From the NCBI RefSeq assembly GCF_000281045.1, contig NW_008246070.1, positions 87,543 through 151,542 of the forward strand: 64,000 bases of DNA, given 5' to 3'. Every line of letters begins with the position of its first letter. Position 1 is the first letter of the stretch. Positions 26,121 to 38,000 of the stretch are shown piece by piece. Source of the DNA: Saprolegnia diclina VS20 (Eukaryota). The notes beneath the pieces were generated by a model that was given only the letters and a program-made list of their open reading frames with translations, was not told the origin of the DNA and did no database searches. Made by a program: the position numbers and the translations under genes.

Positions 26121-27385
26121 ATGATGGACGGTCTCTGGAAGCTTGCTGGTCTCGCCACGTCAACGCCAAAGCAATCGCATGCGCCATCCATGAACGGTAC
26201 TCGTCAGCTTCCTGAAGTAGCCATCAATGCCAACGTGCGTATGTAGTTGACGGTCTGTGGGCGACGATCGACGGCGACAGCGCGGCTCCATCGCCTCGAA
26301 GTGGCCACGCGTCAGTAGTCGGTACGGTTGGTCGTCGATTGCATACGACTGAGAATGAGGCGTAGCCAATAGCATCATGTACGTTCTTGGTGGCTACGAT
26401 CAGGGCCAGTGCTTTGGCGACATTTACGCCTACGACCTCATGCGGCGCGAATGGAGCAAGGTCGACTGGGGCGGCGCCGCCAACTTCGCGGTTGGCTGCG
26501 CATCTCATGCGACGTGTGTCTCCGCCGACGAGACATCCATCTACGTCTACGGCGGGTCGGGCCCGCGCTGGGGCGCCGCCAACCGAGACAAGCTCCTCCA
26601 GTTTACGCTCGCAACGCAGCAGTGGAGCGTCGTCTCGACGGCCGGGACACCTCCGCCGCCGGGCTATGGCCAGAGCATGGTGGCGATTGGCTCCAAGCTT
26701 TACCTCTTTGGTGGCACGTCCGGACACGACTACTATAACGACCTCTATGTCTTTGACGCGACCACGTTCATGTGGAGCCGTGCCGCAGTGACAGGACCCA
26801 AGCCATCAGCCCGCTACAAGCACGAGGCCGTCGTCGTCGGACATGATATGTACGTCGTTGGCGGCGGGCTCTATGGACCACCAAAAGGACCCATCGACGT
26901 CTTCAAGTTTGACACGCTCACGGCGCAGTGGGCCAAGATCGCGTGCGTCGGCGACGTGCCACCCGCGCGTTTAGCCCACAGCGTCGTCCTCCACATCGAC
27001 TCGCTGGGGCAGCCCGCGCTGCTCCTGTTTGGTGGCCGTGATTTCACCGAGGTACGCTAACACTCGCAGGCATCGAGCCGAATGCGCTGTAGAAGCGAAC
27101 AAGCGGTCTCTGGTCGCTCCATTTGCCCACGTCGACGTGGACAAAGATGGTAGGTGCTGCGATTCGTGGGAGCGTGACGCAACTGAGCCGTAGTCGGAGG
27201 CCCCCGACGCGCTTGTCTTCCACACTGCCGTCATGTGGCAGCAACGCATGATCGTCTTTGGGGGCTCGAGAGACGCGCCAGGTCAGAGCCCCGACGAGAC
27301 CGAGCGCAGCAACGCGCTGGTCGAGTACGGCGTAGTGGACGACAACCACTGGGTCTTGGTGGCCTCGGAAGGAGACGACGCGTAG
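26121..27385 (+). CDS. Kelch-repeat protein, KLHDC10-like, without C-terminal BC box
   Basis: Spliced exons ...PSPRSGHASVV|ANSIMYVLGGY, GYGQSMVAIGSKLYLFGGTSG, PSARYKHE, PPARLAHS, FHTAVMW..MIVFGG; stop TAG 27383-27385. The start codon is uncertain (26121 or 26190). Confidence 0.82.
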
Positions 27386-27669
27386 CCCTTTAGCTGTGGA
27401 AGCAACAGATCCAACCGAATCGATATCTTTGCATTTCGATTGTATCAACAAGACCACGAATTATCAAGTTGCACACGAAGCGCCAGGGCAGTTTATTCAC
27501 ACTATTTAAAACGAATCACCGAGTGTTGGTCGTTGTGTATATAGTGTGAACCATGCGGAAGTCGGGTCAAATTCACACTAATGGGAACACGAAAATACGG
27601 AAATAATGTTAGGTCAGCGCTGTTTGGTTTCTCAGTTGGCGAATTGCGGTGGCGAACGCAAGCGGACGC

Positions 27670-30600
27670 ATGAGCGGATTCGCGCAGCAGCGACCAACCG
27701 TCCATGGCTTCGAGGCTGAGCCGCTGCAGATGGACGCCTTGAGCGCCGATGTAGAAGGCTCGGCGCAGCCCAGCTTTATGCAGTTCTATGGCCATAAAGG
27801 CCAGGGCCAGGACCTCGGCGGTGTCCTGCGGCAGCTCGTCAAGCGCATCGACGAGACCGAGAAGCCCAAGTCGATCCTCAAGGGTCGCCAAGACAGCCCA
27901 CGCTATATGCAGGACGACACGGAGGTCCTCCTCAACTCGTCCACGACGTCGCACTCGATGCGCGCGCAGTCGCTGGCCTTGAAGCGTGACCGCATCGGGA
28001 AGCCCACGAGTCGGTACCAAGCAGGCGTGCCACCACAGCTCGGCCCGTCCCAGAACTTGCCGCCCGTGCCAGAAGCGCTCTATCACAAGGTCGAGCAGGT
28101 CCCTTGGGAGAAGGACATTCTGTGGGGCGACGAGAACGACGCGAGCACGTCCGAGCCGGCCTTTGTCCCGGAAGAGGACGACACGCCGTACCAGCAGTAT
28201 TCGATTCCGCGCGCAGCACCATTACCACGCTCGTCGGCAATCCCAGGACCCTCCAAGGCGGCGCGCCAAGATATGGACAACGCTACGTCCCTCGTCCCGC
28301 AAGAGGTGGCACCATTCGATATGACGCAACCGCGCTCGTACCGCTGGGAAGCGCCGCTGGCCGCGCTCATTGGCAAAAGCATGAGCTTGAACGCGTCGGC
28401 GTCCAAAGAAGCCGCTCGCATCGCGCTCGACTGCGCGCTGAATCCGTCGCTCGAGGACGACGCGTGGCTCAACGCGGTCGCCTGGGACCACTGCCTCGAC
28501 ATGCCAAAGTCCGAGGTCATCCTCGACGAGAACGACCGGCACCTCGTGCTCACGAACCCGCTCGTCGAGAACGTGCGTGCGACGCTGCGCATTCCGGAGC
28601 GCAAGCTCGGCGTCCACGAGAAGCGGCAGGAGCTCTTGACCAAGCAGAAGAAGGAGAAGGACGACCGTATCAAGGGCGTCATGGGCAATCTGACGTTCGG
28701 CGAAGACACGGCCGAGGGCCGCCTCGGGTCGGACGAGCTCAAGCGCAACAAGGACACGCGCATCGTCAAGCACATGGGCCACGTGCACCACTCACTCCCG
28801 GCCATCAAGCTCAGCTTGACCAAGCCCGAGCTGCCCAAGCAGAAGCTCCGTGAGTTTCACCGCCCGCGCGGCAAGTTCAAGATCAACGAGCGCCTCGTCA
28901 TGGTGCACGCCAAGGACGCGGAGAAGGTCACGAAAGCCTCCAAGGTCACAGAGCTCGAGATGACGGACCCGACGCTGTCGCAGATCAAGAAGACGTCGGA
29001 TCTCAACCCGACCGCGGGTGGGAAGCTCATCCTCCTCGAGTACATTGAGCAGAAGCCGCCGATGCTCTCGAACCCCGGCATGGCCTCCCGCATTTTGCAC
29101 TACTGGCGCCCGCCCGCGGCCGACGGCGACGATGGCGCCACGAAGGGCAAGGGTAAGAAGAAGCAGGTGCTGCCCGAGCCGCCGAGCGTCAAGCTCGGTC
29201 AGGTCGTGACGCTTGGCGCGAACGATGACACGCCGTTCATTGGCGACGTGCCGGCCGGGAAGATGGTCACGTCGCTCAACTCGAAGCTCTTCAAGATCCC
29301 AATCTTTGAGCACGCCGCGCGCGGGTCGATGCTCGAGCGCTCGAACGACTACGACTACTTCCTCCTCGCCCGCGCCGTCTCCAAGAAGGGCGGCTTGAAG
29401 GAGGGCACGACGACGTACCTCATGGAGCTACCGCCGCTCTACATTGCGGGGCAGGTCGAGCCGCAAATGGAGGTCCCTGCGCCCAACTCGCGCGGCGCCA
29501 ACGACTTTATTCGGCCGTACATGTCGTTCCACATTCTCCGGCTCTTCAAGAAGGCGAGCGACGGCGAGCGGCTCAAGATCGAAGACATCCACCGCGTGTT
29601 CCCCAACCAGTCGGGCACGGCGATCCGGAAGCGCATGAAGGAAGTCGCGACCTTTGAGCGCGGCGGCAACGACTCGGGCTGGTGGAAGAAGAAGGCGGCG
29701 CACGAGCTCACGAGCGAAGACGAGATCCGCGCCAACGTGTCGCCCGAGTCGGTGTGCCTCTACGAGAGCCAGATGAGCGGCCACCGCCGCCTCATGGACA
29801 TGGGTCTCTCCAAGCTCTTCAGTCCCACGGGCGTCCAGAACGCGATCGAGCACCTCACCAAGCGCCTCAACTACCGACAAACGCTGCTCAAGACCAAGGT
29901 GCTCATGCCGAAAGGCCTCGAGGGCCGCACGCTCGAGAACGAAGCCAAGAAGCTCTACGAGCTGGACCCGGTCCTCACGAGCCTCAAGCGCGACATCCAG
30001 ATTGCACGATCGATCGCGCTCCAGCTCGAGCTGGCGCCGTGGACGTGGACCAACAACTATGTCGAGTGCCACCTGCAAGGGAAGGGCTCGGGCATGCTCC
30101 AGCTCGGTGGTGACGGCGATCCGTCGGCGTGCGGTGATGGCTTTAGCTTTATTCGCGCGCCGCAGTCGCGTGCGAAGAAGAAGGAAGGCGACGAGAATGC
30201 AGCGACAGACGAAGCCGAAGTGCAAAAGACATTGGCGGCCGTCACGGGCACGACCGCCGATCTGCGGAAGCTCAAGATGAAGGAGGCCGGCGACGTGCTC
30301 AAGACGCTCGGCATGGACGAAGCCGACATCAAGAAGCTTCGACGCTGGGATCGCATCGAGATGGTCCGGACGCTCAGTACAAAGGCATCGCAGCGTGGCG
30401 AAGCCGGCGGTCTCGGCAAGTTTGCTCGAGGCGCGCGCAAGTCGCTCAACGCCCAGCAGCAAGAGTACCGAAAGAAGTGCGATGCGCGCTACAGTACGCA
30501 GATCGAGGTCCTCTCCAACAAGCAGGTCGTCGAGGACAGCGACGACGACAACGAGTCGGACGAAGGCGACGACGGCCTCGGCGACCTCGAAGAAGACATT

Positions 30601-32040
30601 TTTGGGGCCGACGGCGACGGCCTCACGGCCACGACCTCGCGCAGCGGCCCGTTCAACATGTTTCGAAAAGACGGTGTCGCGTTCAACCGGTCCAAGTCGG
30701 CGCTTCGGGAGCGCGACGACGCGGCCGAGCTTGAGAAACTCAAGCGCGATATGGCCGACAACTCTGGGAGTACGTACTCGCGGAGTCGGCCAGACATTGA
30801 CGCGTCGAACCTCCGGTCGCAGCTGCAGGCCAGCGGCATCCGTGACAGCTCGGGGCGCCCGACGTCGCTCCTTGCAACGCACCAGTCGTCGACGAAAGCG
30901 AGCTCGGTCATGTCGTCGGCTGTGCACTCGCCGTCCAACCCCGCGTCGCGCGTGCCGTCGCCGCGTGCTGCGCCGACGAGCAGCCAGCCGCACCGCCAAG
31001 CGATCAAGCGCATCACGCGCACGATCGAAGAGGACGGGTCGGAGAAGATCAAGATTGAGTTCATCGTGGACCCGAAGAAGATTGGGCAGTACAAGGCGAA
31101 CGCGGCGCGCAACGAGCGTCTCCAGAAGGACGAGGAGCGCGAGCAGATGCGCAAGCAGCGCAAGCGTATGCAGCAGATGCGCGCGGCCGACGACGAGACG
31201 GGCGGCGTTCCCAACGTGCACAAGCTAAAGGAGGAGCTCAAGATGCTCGAGAAGAAGCAAGAGAGCACCCGCGAGTACGTCGAGCGGCTCGAGAAGGGCG
31301 AGGACGTCGGGTCGACGGCTGCGAAGGGCGTCATCAAGTGCACGCAGTGCGGCGAGGTCGGCCACATCCGCACGAACCGCAACTGCCCGCTGTACATGAT
31401 GGAGCCAATGACCAAGGGCGAGAGCAAGAGTAAGGACGTGCGTCCGCTCAAGCTGACGCTGAAGAAGTCGTCGATCAACGCGTCCGACTTGGACCCGACG
31501 TCGTGCACGGTGAACCTCTCGAATCTCCAGGAGAGCGCGCGGCTCCACGAGATGGAGAAGAAGCGCAAGCGCAAGCAAGAGCACGAAGACAGCGCGTCGC
31601 TGTACAAGCGCGTGTACGGCGCCAACAAGAAGCCCGCGCGCAGCCTCTCGCGGCTCCCGATCGCGCGCCTCAACGGGTACCTCGAGCTAGTGCTCTTCAA
31701 GCTCGTGGCGATGCCCGAGAGCGTCCTCTTTCGCGTGCCCGTCGACGGCAACGTGGTCAAAGACTACTACACGGTCATCAAACGACCGATGGACCTCCAG
31801 CGCATGAGCCTCAAGCTCAAGAACCTCGAGTACGACTCGATGCGGTCGTTCACGGGCGACGTCGAGCTCATGGCGACCAACTCGCGCTTGTACAATGGCG
31901 AGATCAGCGGCATCACTGTCAACGCGTTCAAGGTGCTCGAGAAGGCCAAAGAAGAGCTCCAGACGCTCAACGCCGACGGCGTCCTCCTCGCCCTCGAAAA
32001 GCAAAAGCTCGCGCGCGTCAACTCGATCTCCGAGTCGTAA
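27670..32040 (+). CDS. TAF1: TFIID subunit 1 (TAF1): DUF3591 region, zinc knuckle, one bromodomain
   Basis: KLREFHRP, LLEYIEQKPPMLSNPGMASRI, IAGQVEP..EVPAPNSR, ELAPWTWTNNY, GDPSACGDGFSF, VTGTTADLRKL, CTQCGEVGHIRTNRNCP; bromodomain FRVPVD..DYY.VIKRPMDL...NSRLYNG. Single 4.4-kb exon. Confidence 0.95.
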   Translation: MSGFAQQRPTVHGFEAEPLQMDALSADVEGSAQPSFMQFYGHKGQGQDLGGVLRQLVKRIDETEKPKSILKGRQDSPRYMQDDTEVLLNSSTTSHSMRAQSLALKRDRIGKPTSRYQAGVPPQLGPSQNLPPVPEALYHKVEQVPWEKDILWGDENDASTSEPAFVPEEDDTPYQQYSIPRAAPLPRSSAIPGPSKAARQDMDNATSLVPQEVAPFDMTQPRSYRWEAPLAALIGKSMSLNASASKEAARIALDCALNPSLEDDAWLNAVAWDHCLDMPKSEVILDENDRHLVLTNPLVENVRATLRIPERKLGVHEKRQELLTKQKKEKDDRIKGVMGNLTFGEDTAEGRLGSDELKRNKDTRIVKHMGHVHHSLPAIKLSLTKPELPKQKLREFHRPRGKFKINERLVMVHAKDAEKVTKASKVTELEMTDPTLSQIKKTSDLNPTAGGKLILLEYIEQKPPMLSNPGMASRILHYWRPPAADGDDGATKGKGKKKQVLPEPPSVKLGQVVTLGANDDTPFIGDVPAGKMVTSLNSKLFKIPIFEHAARGSMLERSNDYDYFLLARAVSKKGGLKEGTTTYLMELPPLYIAGQVEPQMEVPAPNSRGANDFIRPYMSFHILRLFKKASDGERLKIEDIHRVFPNQSGTAIRKRMKEVATFERGGNDSGWWKKKAAHELTSEDEIRANVSPESVCLYESQMSGHRRLMDMGLSKLFSPTGVQNAIEHLTKRLNYRQTLLKTKVLMPKGLEGRTLENEAKKLYELDPVLTSLKRDIQIARSIALQLELAPWTWTNNYVECHLQGKGSGMLQLGGDGDPSACGDGFSFIRAPQSRAKKKEGDENAATDEAEVQKTLAAVTGTTADLRKLKMKEAGDVLKTLGMDEADIKKLRRWDRIEMVRTLSTKASQRGEAGGLGKFARGARKSLNAQQQEYRKKCDARYSTQIEVLSNKQVVEDSDDDNESDEGDDGLGDLEEDIFGADGDGLTATTSRSGPFNMFRKDGVAFNRSKSALRERDDAAELEKLKRDMADNSGSTYSRSRPDIDASNLRSQLQASGIRDSSGRPTSLLATHQSSTKASSVMSSAVHSPSNPASRVPSPRAAPTSSQPHRQAIKRITRTIEEDGSEKIKIEFIVDPKKIGQYKANAARNERLQKDEEREQMRKQRKRMQQMRAADDETGGVPNVHKLKEELKMLEKKQESTREYVERLEKGEDVGSTAAKGVIKCTQCGEVGHIRTNRNCPLYMMEPMTKGESKSKDVRPLKLTLKKSSINASDLDPTSCTVNLSNLQESARLHEMEKKRKRKQEHEDSASLYKRVYGANKKPARSLSRLPIARLNGYLELVLFKLVAMPESVLFRVPVDGNVVKDYYTVIKRPMDLQRMSLKLKNLEYDSMRSFTGDVELMATNSRLYNGEISGITVNAFKVLEKAKEELQTLNADGVLLALEKQKLARVNSISES

Positions 32041-32189
32041 CGCTGTAGATTAAACTGTGCTGTGTGAGATGCAGTGTGCTGGATTGGACTGCAACATGAC
32101 GATCGTCGTGTTGTCGGAGCCTGTTGTCGGAGGGACGGCTCCCTCGGCCCAATAAGAACGTAGTGGAACAGAGCTGAAAACGACAATTC

Positions 32190-32229
32190 ACCAATTACAA
32201 ATTATACGACTACCAATTACAAATTATAC
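32190..32229. repeat. 18-nt direct repeat accaattacaaattatac (x2) between TAF1 and the SOD gene
   Basis: Two exact copies at ~32190 and ~32212. Confidence 0.8.
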
Positions 32230-32360
32230 AAAAGGCCCAGTGGTATAGCTCGCTCGTATGGCTCAGATCGGCGCGTATTATGCAAAGCCAGCTGGGTCCC
32301 TGTCCCAACAACCGTCAACGGTCTGAGATTGCCATTCTTCATTTTGCTCTCCACAAGATA

Positions 32361-32972
32361 ATGCACTTCGCTCGCTTCGCTCTGCTTCTTGCCGCGACGG
32401 CCTCGGCCGCGACGGTCTATACGTTCGACCCCGTCACGTCGGGCGGCGTCAAGGGCTCCATCACAGTGACGCGCGAGGCAGTAGGCGCGACCATCGCCGC
32501 CGACCTCGACGTCTCCAACGCCGACTGGGCCGCGCTCACCAAGGTGGACGGCAACTGCACCGGCGCGATCCCGAACTTCAAGTGGCACATCCACACCAAG
32601 TGGACCAACAAGGCGCCGTCGGGCTTCCTTGGCGACTGCGGTCTCACGCCCGCGGGCAACCACTACGACCCGGACTACGCGTGCGGCCCCAACTCCGAGT
32701 TTGCGACCGACCCCAAGTGTGCACCGCTCATTCCCAAGTACAAGTGCACGCCCGAGACGTATGTGGTGAGCCCGCATGCGTGCGAACGCGGCGACCTCTC
32801 GGGCAAGGTCGGCGCCTTCAAGGCCGTTGACGGCAAGATCAAGCAGACGTTTGTCGATGCGCACTACCCGGCAGCGTCCGAGGAGACGCCGACGTGGAAC
32901 CTCATGCTGCACGCGGTCTGCGGCGCCAACACGCCCCGCTTTATCTGCGCGACGGGCCATGAAGCATGCTAA
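32361..32972 (+). CDS. Secreted Cu/Zn-SOD-fold protein (probable Cu-only SOD)
   Basis: Signal peptide MHFARFALLLAATASA; WHIH, GNHYDP, CERGDLSGK, LMLH, RFICA. Confidence 0.82.
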   Translation: MHFARFALLLAATASAATVYTFDPVTSGGVKGSITVTREAVGATIAADLDVSNADWAALTKVDGNCTGAIPNFKWHIHTKWTNKAPSGFLGDCGLTPAGNHYDPDYACGPNSEFATDPKCAPLIPKYKCTPETYVVSPHACERGDLSGKVGAFKAVDGKIKQTFVDAHYPAASEETPTWNLMLHAVCGANTPRFICATGHEAC

Positions 32973-33281
32973 TGCGTCACCTCTCGATTAGTCTTTCGAT
33001 TAGTTAGTCGACAACGATGTACTGAGTAATCCAAACGTTCCTTGCTACTCGCGTGCCCACTGTCGCTGCATGTACAGTCCATCTTTTCATTCCGAGAACG
33101 TCCGAGTCAGATGCAGGTAGCCCACCATGGTCAGTTGGGGGCCTCCTGCTTGAAGTGCCAGTGGTTCCCGCCACGACGCGTCTCAGGTGCGCGAACCTCA
33201 ACGCATCCGGATTTTATCCGGAAAGCAAATCCAAATCTGTGAAACGGTCTCATTTTTGTCCGCGAGAAGGTCGAGAGGAAC

Positions 33282-34991
33282 ATGACAAAGCGCGAGCGCG
33301 GGGGAAGCGCGGGGAGTATGGACGCGATCGTCATCTCGGACTCGGAAGAAGATGCTCCGGAGGTGAAGCGACCGCGCCGGAAGATGGACGGCCCGATGGC
33401 CAAGTCCCCGCTCGTCGAAGCCATGGACGCGCTGCGAGCACGGCCCGACGACATGAGCTGCGCAATGGACCTCCTAAGCCGCGTCCGGAAAGCCTGTACT
33501 CGGGACATTGCTGCATGGAGCGAAGTCGCCAATGGACCCGTGGTTCTGGGGCTCAGCATCGTCTCGTCGACGTACTTCCCCGTGCAGCAGTGCTTGTACG
33601 CTGCCTTGGTGCGCATCATGAGCACCCTTCGGCGCGAGCGACGGACAAAGGACCTCGAGAAGATCTGCCGAGGGGTCCCTCTCGTTCTGCGCTTGGCCAT
33701 TCCGGGCGGGAACGAGGCCGACCTCGTGCGTGCGTAGCGTCGAGACGACCTTGCTCATTGCTTTGGCACAGATCAACCCGATTCGCATGCGCCAGCAGCT
33801 GAACCAAGTCAACGACGTCACCAAGCGCATTGCGTCCTTTCGCGTCCTACAGTGCTGGACGCGATTGCACGGCCAGGCAACGGTAGGGACGTCCGACGGT
33901 GCAAGGAACTAGCAGCGGGGCGTAGGAGGAGCTGCAGCACGAAGGCTGGATCGACTTGGGCTCGACCGCGCTCTCTTTCTGCAGAGATGACGAAGCTCTC
34001 AGCGTCACAAACATCCGCTACGCCAACGTTCGCAGCCTCAAGTCCGATGCCGAATCGGCCATGGCCAATGTGTGCTTTGAGGAGTACGACGAAAGCGGGC
34101 AATGGATGCGGGTACTCCTCGATCACAAGGTGCGACATGAGGCTTGTACGAGATGTGGTCTTACGATCCGTAGACGTTTTTGGCATTTGAGAAAGAGCTT
34201 TGCTCCAGACCGTTGAGCTGCGCCAAAGCACGCGAGGTACTGCTACATGCCGAGCCCTATCACAGATTCCGGCAATTAGAGCCAGCCTCGGCTCGCCGAC
34301 GAGGAAAAAGCAAAGAAAAGTGATGCGTCAGTGCCAGTCGCCATCGTGACGCCGCCACCAAGCCAAGACGATGCACCAAGCTCCGATGACTACGACTGCC
34401 TTTCCCTCTTCGACGCGGAAGTGCATCGGGTCTCGCTTGCTGCGTCGCGTTGGGATGCTACGTTCGACGCGTTGAAGAAAGAGGTCGAGACACGGGTTGG
34501 CAGCATCACAGAGCTCGTCACTCACATCGGTGCGACGCAGGTGCACCGTGGAAACGCTATGGCGCGGCTGGAGTACGACGGCGCAGCCGTGGCCCAAGAC
34601 GTTCAGGCCGCCCGCATGATCACGCTTCCGCAGTATCAAGACGATGGCTTGAAGGAAGCTACTCTTCTCACGACCGAGCTCGAAAACGTCGCCAAGACTG
34701 CGCAGGAGTATCTGCACGAGGACCTCGACGCGATCGCTCAAGACAAGGCGACAACCACCATGTGTTCGCTGCACCTCGTTGCGGTTGCTGCGCCGTGGAT
34801 TTTGTGCGGTGTGGCAGCCATCTCGTCGTCGTTGGGGTACATGTAGCTCCATGCGCGCGCTGGCACCGCACGTGGCGCGCGATCTTGAAGGGACATTCTC
34901 CCAGAAGCAATACACGCATCTTTTATCACCTTTGAAATTCGATATCCCATCTTCGACCTTTCTGCAAACGGATCAAGATCGCAGCCCGTGA
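33282..34991 (+). CDS. Putative SYCP2/Red1/ASY3-family meiotic chromosome axis protein (ARM + PH-like + coiled coil)
   Basis: In-frame exons 33282-33725, 33772-33882, 33926-34129, 34174-34236 and 34280 onward (stop at 34846, or 34991 with one more intron). Motifs YFPVQQCLYAALVRIM, MRQQLNQVNDVTKRIASFRVLQC and WIDLGSTALSF; C-terminal helical region. Confidence 0.6.
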
Positions 34992-35026
34992 GACTTGATT
35001 GGCGCTTTTCTTCCGCGGATCATTGC

Positions 35027-38000
35027 ATGGGCAACGTCGTGGGCCTGACGGCGGTCCCGGCCGCGGACTCGAACCCGCCAAGCTACTCGGCGACGCTCAT
35101 CGAGGCCATCACGCCCTTTGACAATCTCTCGATCGAAGAGATTGAGGCGTACTGGCGCAGCTTCTACGAGCACGCCCACGGCTTTGCGCTCTCCAAGCAC
35201 GACTTTGGCGCGATCTGCATCGACGTGGCTGTGCACCTCGGTCACTCGCCCGTCCAGATTGCGCAGAAAGCTGACGTGCTCTTCGACGTGCTTACGCTCG
35301 ACTCGCCGTTCAAGCTCCTTGATGCACTTGAGTTCCTAGCGAGCATCATCTTCATCTCGACGGCGCCGATCCAAGACAAGGTCGAGCTCGTCTTTGATAG
35401 CTGGGACATGTCGGAAGACGGTACCGCGTTATGACGATATTTGTTGATTGAGTGATGATGATGGATGTAGGCGCGCTCGACATTGACGAGTTTACCATTT
35501 CCGTACGAACACTCTACCTCTATATGGCTCATGATCCCGTGTAGCTCAAGTCGACGCTCATGGGGCTCGGCAAGATTGTCGTCTCCAAGGCCAACGACAA
35601 GACCGTCGACTTGCTGGAGGACGATGAAGTTCGGCGCATTGCCGAGATGACGTTCCGCGATATGCTGCACATTCCGCCGTCGACCATGATCCAGTCGACG
35701 ATGGTCATCACATGCGACGTCTTTCGGAGCTACTGTTTGACCAACAACGACGCGCGCAGCCTCTTTGATGTCTTTGACGGCGCCGTGAGTGCTTCCAACC
35801 ACGACGACGGTAGCGCCGACGCCCTCGGTGGTCTCGACCCGACGCATGTGCCGGAGCGGTCGGCGAAAGAGACACGGCACATGGACCCCGAAGCCGCCAT
35901 TGAAAAAGCGAGCGACGCTGACCACGGAGACGAGTTTATGGCCGTCAAGCCGTGGGAAGGCGCCATCATTCCGCCGACAAATCCGCCGCCCATCGACTCG
36001 AGCGCCCCGACAGTCGACCTCTCACTCGAGTGGATCTTTGGCTACTCAGCCCAGGACGCCTACGCGCGCAACAACGTCCGATACCTCAAGAGCGGCGACA
36101 TTGCGTACCCGGCGGCGAGCGTCGTCGTGCTGCTCGAGAAGGCAGGGCCTCGCCAGCAGCACATCATTGCGCACACGGACGACATCTTGTCCTTTGCCTT
36201 GCACCCGAATCGCTCGATTGGGGCGACGGGCGAGACGGGGAAGACACCGAAGCTCATTGTGTGGGACGCGGCCTCGGTCAGCGTGCTCTCGACCCACCGC
36301 GGGTATCACAAGCGAGGGATCATCCAGCTCGCGTTCTCGTCCTCTGGGAACCACCTCGCTTCGCTGGGGGCAGACGACGACCACAGTTTGGGCGTCTACT
36401 CGACCACCGACCAGTGGAAGTCGGGAGCGTTGACGTGGTTTTCCAAGGGCAACAAGGCCGCGCCGCTCGACGTCTCGTGGCACCCGATCAATGACTTCGT
36501 CTTTGCGAGCGTTGGCGTCAAATACCTCGAAGTCTGGACCTGCAACGTATCGCCCAAGACCGTCGCCAAGGCCAAAGGGATCTTTGGAAAGACCGGCACG
36601 GTCCAGGGCATTCTGGCCGCCGTGTGGCTCAACACTGACAGCGGGTACCTTCTCGTGACGGGAACGCAAGATGGCTCGCTGTACATCTTTCAGCCGCCCG
36701 AGCTCCAGACGGTGATTCCTAAAGCCCATGCAGGCCCGGTTCAGAGCCTGTACTTGCTGGACAAGACTCTCGTGAGTGGCGGCAAGGACGGCGTTGTACG
36801 CATCTGGGCACCGGACAAAGCAGGGTCTCTCACAAGCACGCAGTCCTTCGACATCAAGGCCCTTGCCAGTCGCGCTGGTAGCATTCAGAGTGTCTGTCTC
36901 TCCAACGACCTCACGACTGTTCTCCTTGGAACCCAAGCTTCGGACATTTTTGAAATCAAGTACGAACCTCTAGACGTGGCGCCCATCAGAGGTCTCTTGT
37001 AGCTTGAAGACCAAAGCCATTTCACCTGCGCTCCTGTCGGGGCACCACGCTGATGAGCTCTGGGGCTTGGCCGCCCACCCGACGCGGCAAGAGTGCGCAA
37101 CTGTCGGTGACGATCAGTTCTTGTGCGTGTGGGACTTGGTCAAGAAGAAGCAACTTCGACGGCTCAAGCTCGACTGCCTCGCGCGCGCCGTCGCGTACTC
37201 GCCGGACGGCAAGTACATTGCCGTTGGTCTCGGCGGGCAGCTGCCGGGGCGAGAGAAGGTCAACAAACACCCGAAGAACGGCGCTGTTCTCGTCGTCTAC
37301 GAGGGCGATCTGACCAAGGTTGGGCTTATCTACTCTAAAGTTGTGGGGACTAGAGACTTTATGTAGGTCGTCGAGCGCAACGACGCGAAAAAGTGGATCT
37401 CGGACATTACGTACTCGCCGTGCGGCAAGTACCTCGCGCTTGGGAGCCACGACAATAGCATCGTGCTGTACGACGCACTCAACCAGTACACCAAGAAGCA
37501 CGCGTTCAAGAAGCACAGCAGCTTTATCACGCGCATCGACTTCTCCGCCGATAGCTCCTACTACCAGGTACGATGCAAGTCTTGTCAAAGCCTTCATCTT
37601 GTCGTGATTAGAGCACGTCCGGCGCCTACGAGCTCCTCTTTGCCGACGCCAAGACGGGCAAGCAAGTCACGCGTGCATCAGCGCTCAAGGATGAGCAGTG
37701 GAGCTCCTGGACTTGTCCGCTGGGCTGGCCCGTTCAAGGCATTTGGCCACCGGACAGCGACGGGTCGGACGTCAACGGTGTTGCGCGGTCGCATGCCGGT
37801 ACGCTTCTAGCAACGGGCGATGACTTTGGCAAGGTAGTGTCGCAGGCGCATTCTCGTGCCAATGCCTCTGTGTAGGTCAAGCTCTTTCGGTATCCGTGCG
37901 CCAAGAAGCATGCCGGCTTTGCGACGCTCAACGGCCACTCTTCGCACGTGACCAACGTGGCGTGGTCGACCAGCGACGAGTACTTGCTCTCGACGGGCGG

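Noticed and set aside
29428..31760. Long antisense ORFs (597 aa, 423 aa) opposite TAF1
   Set aside because: Shadow ORFs caused by high GC3 codon bias, as seen opposite most genes in this window.
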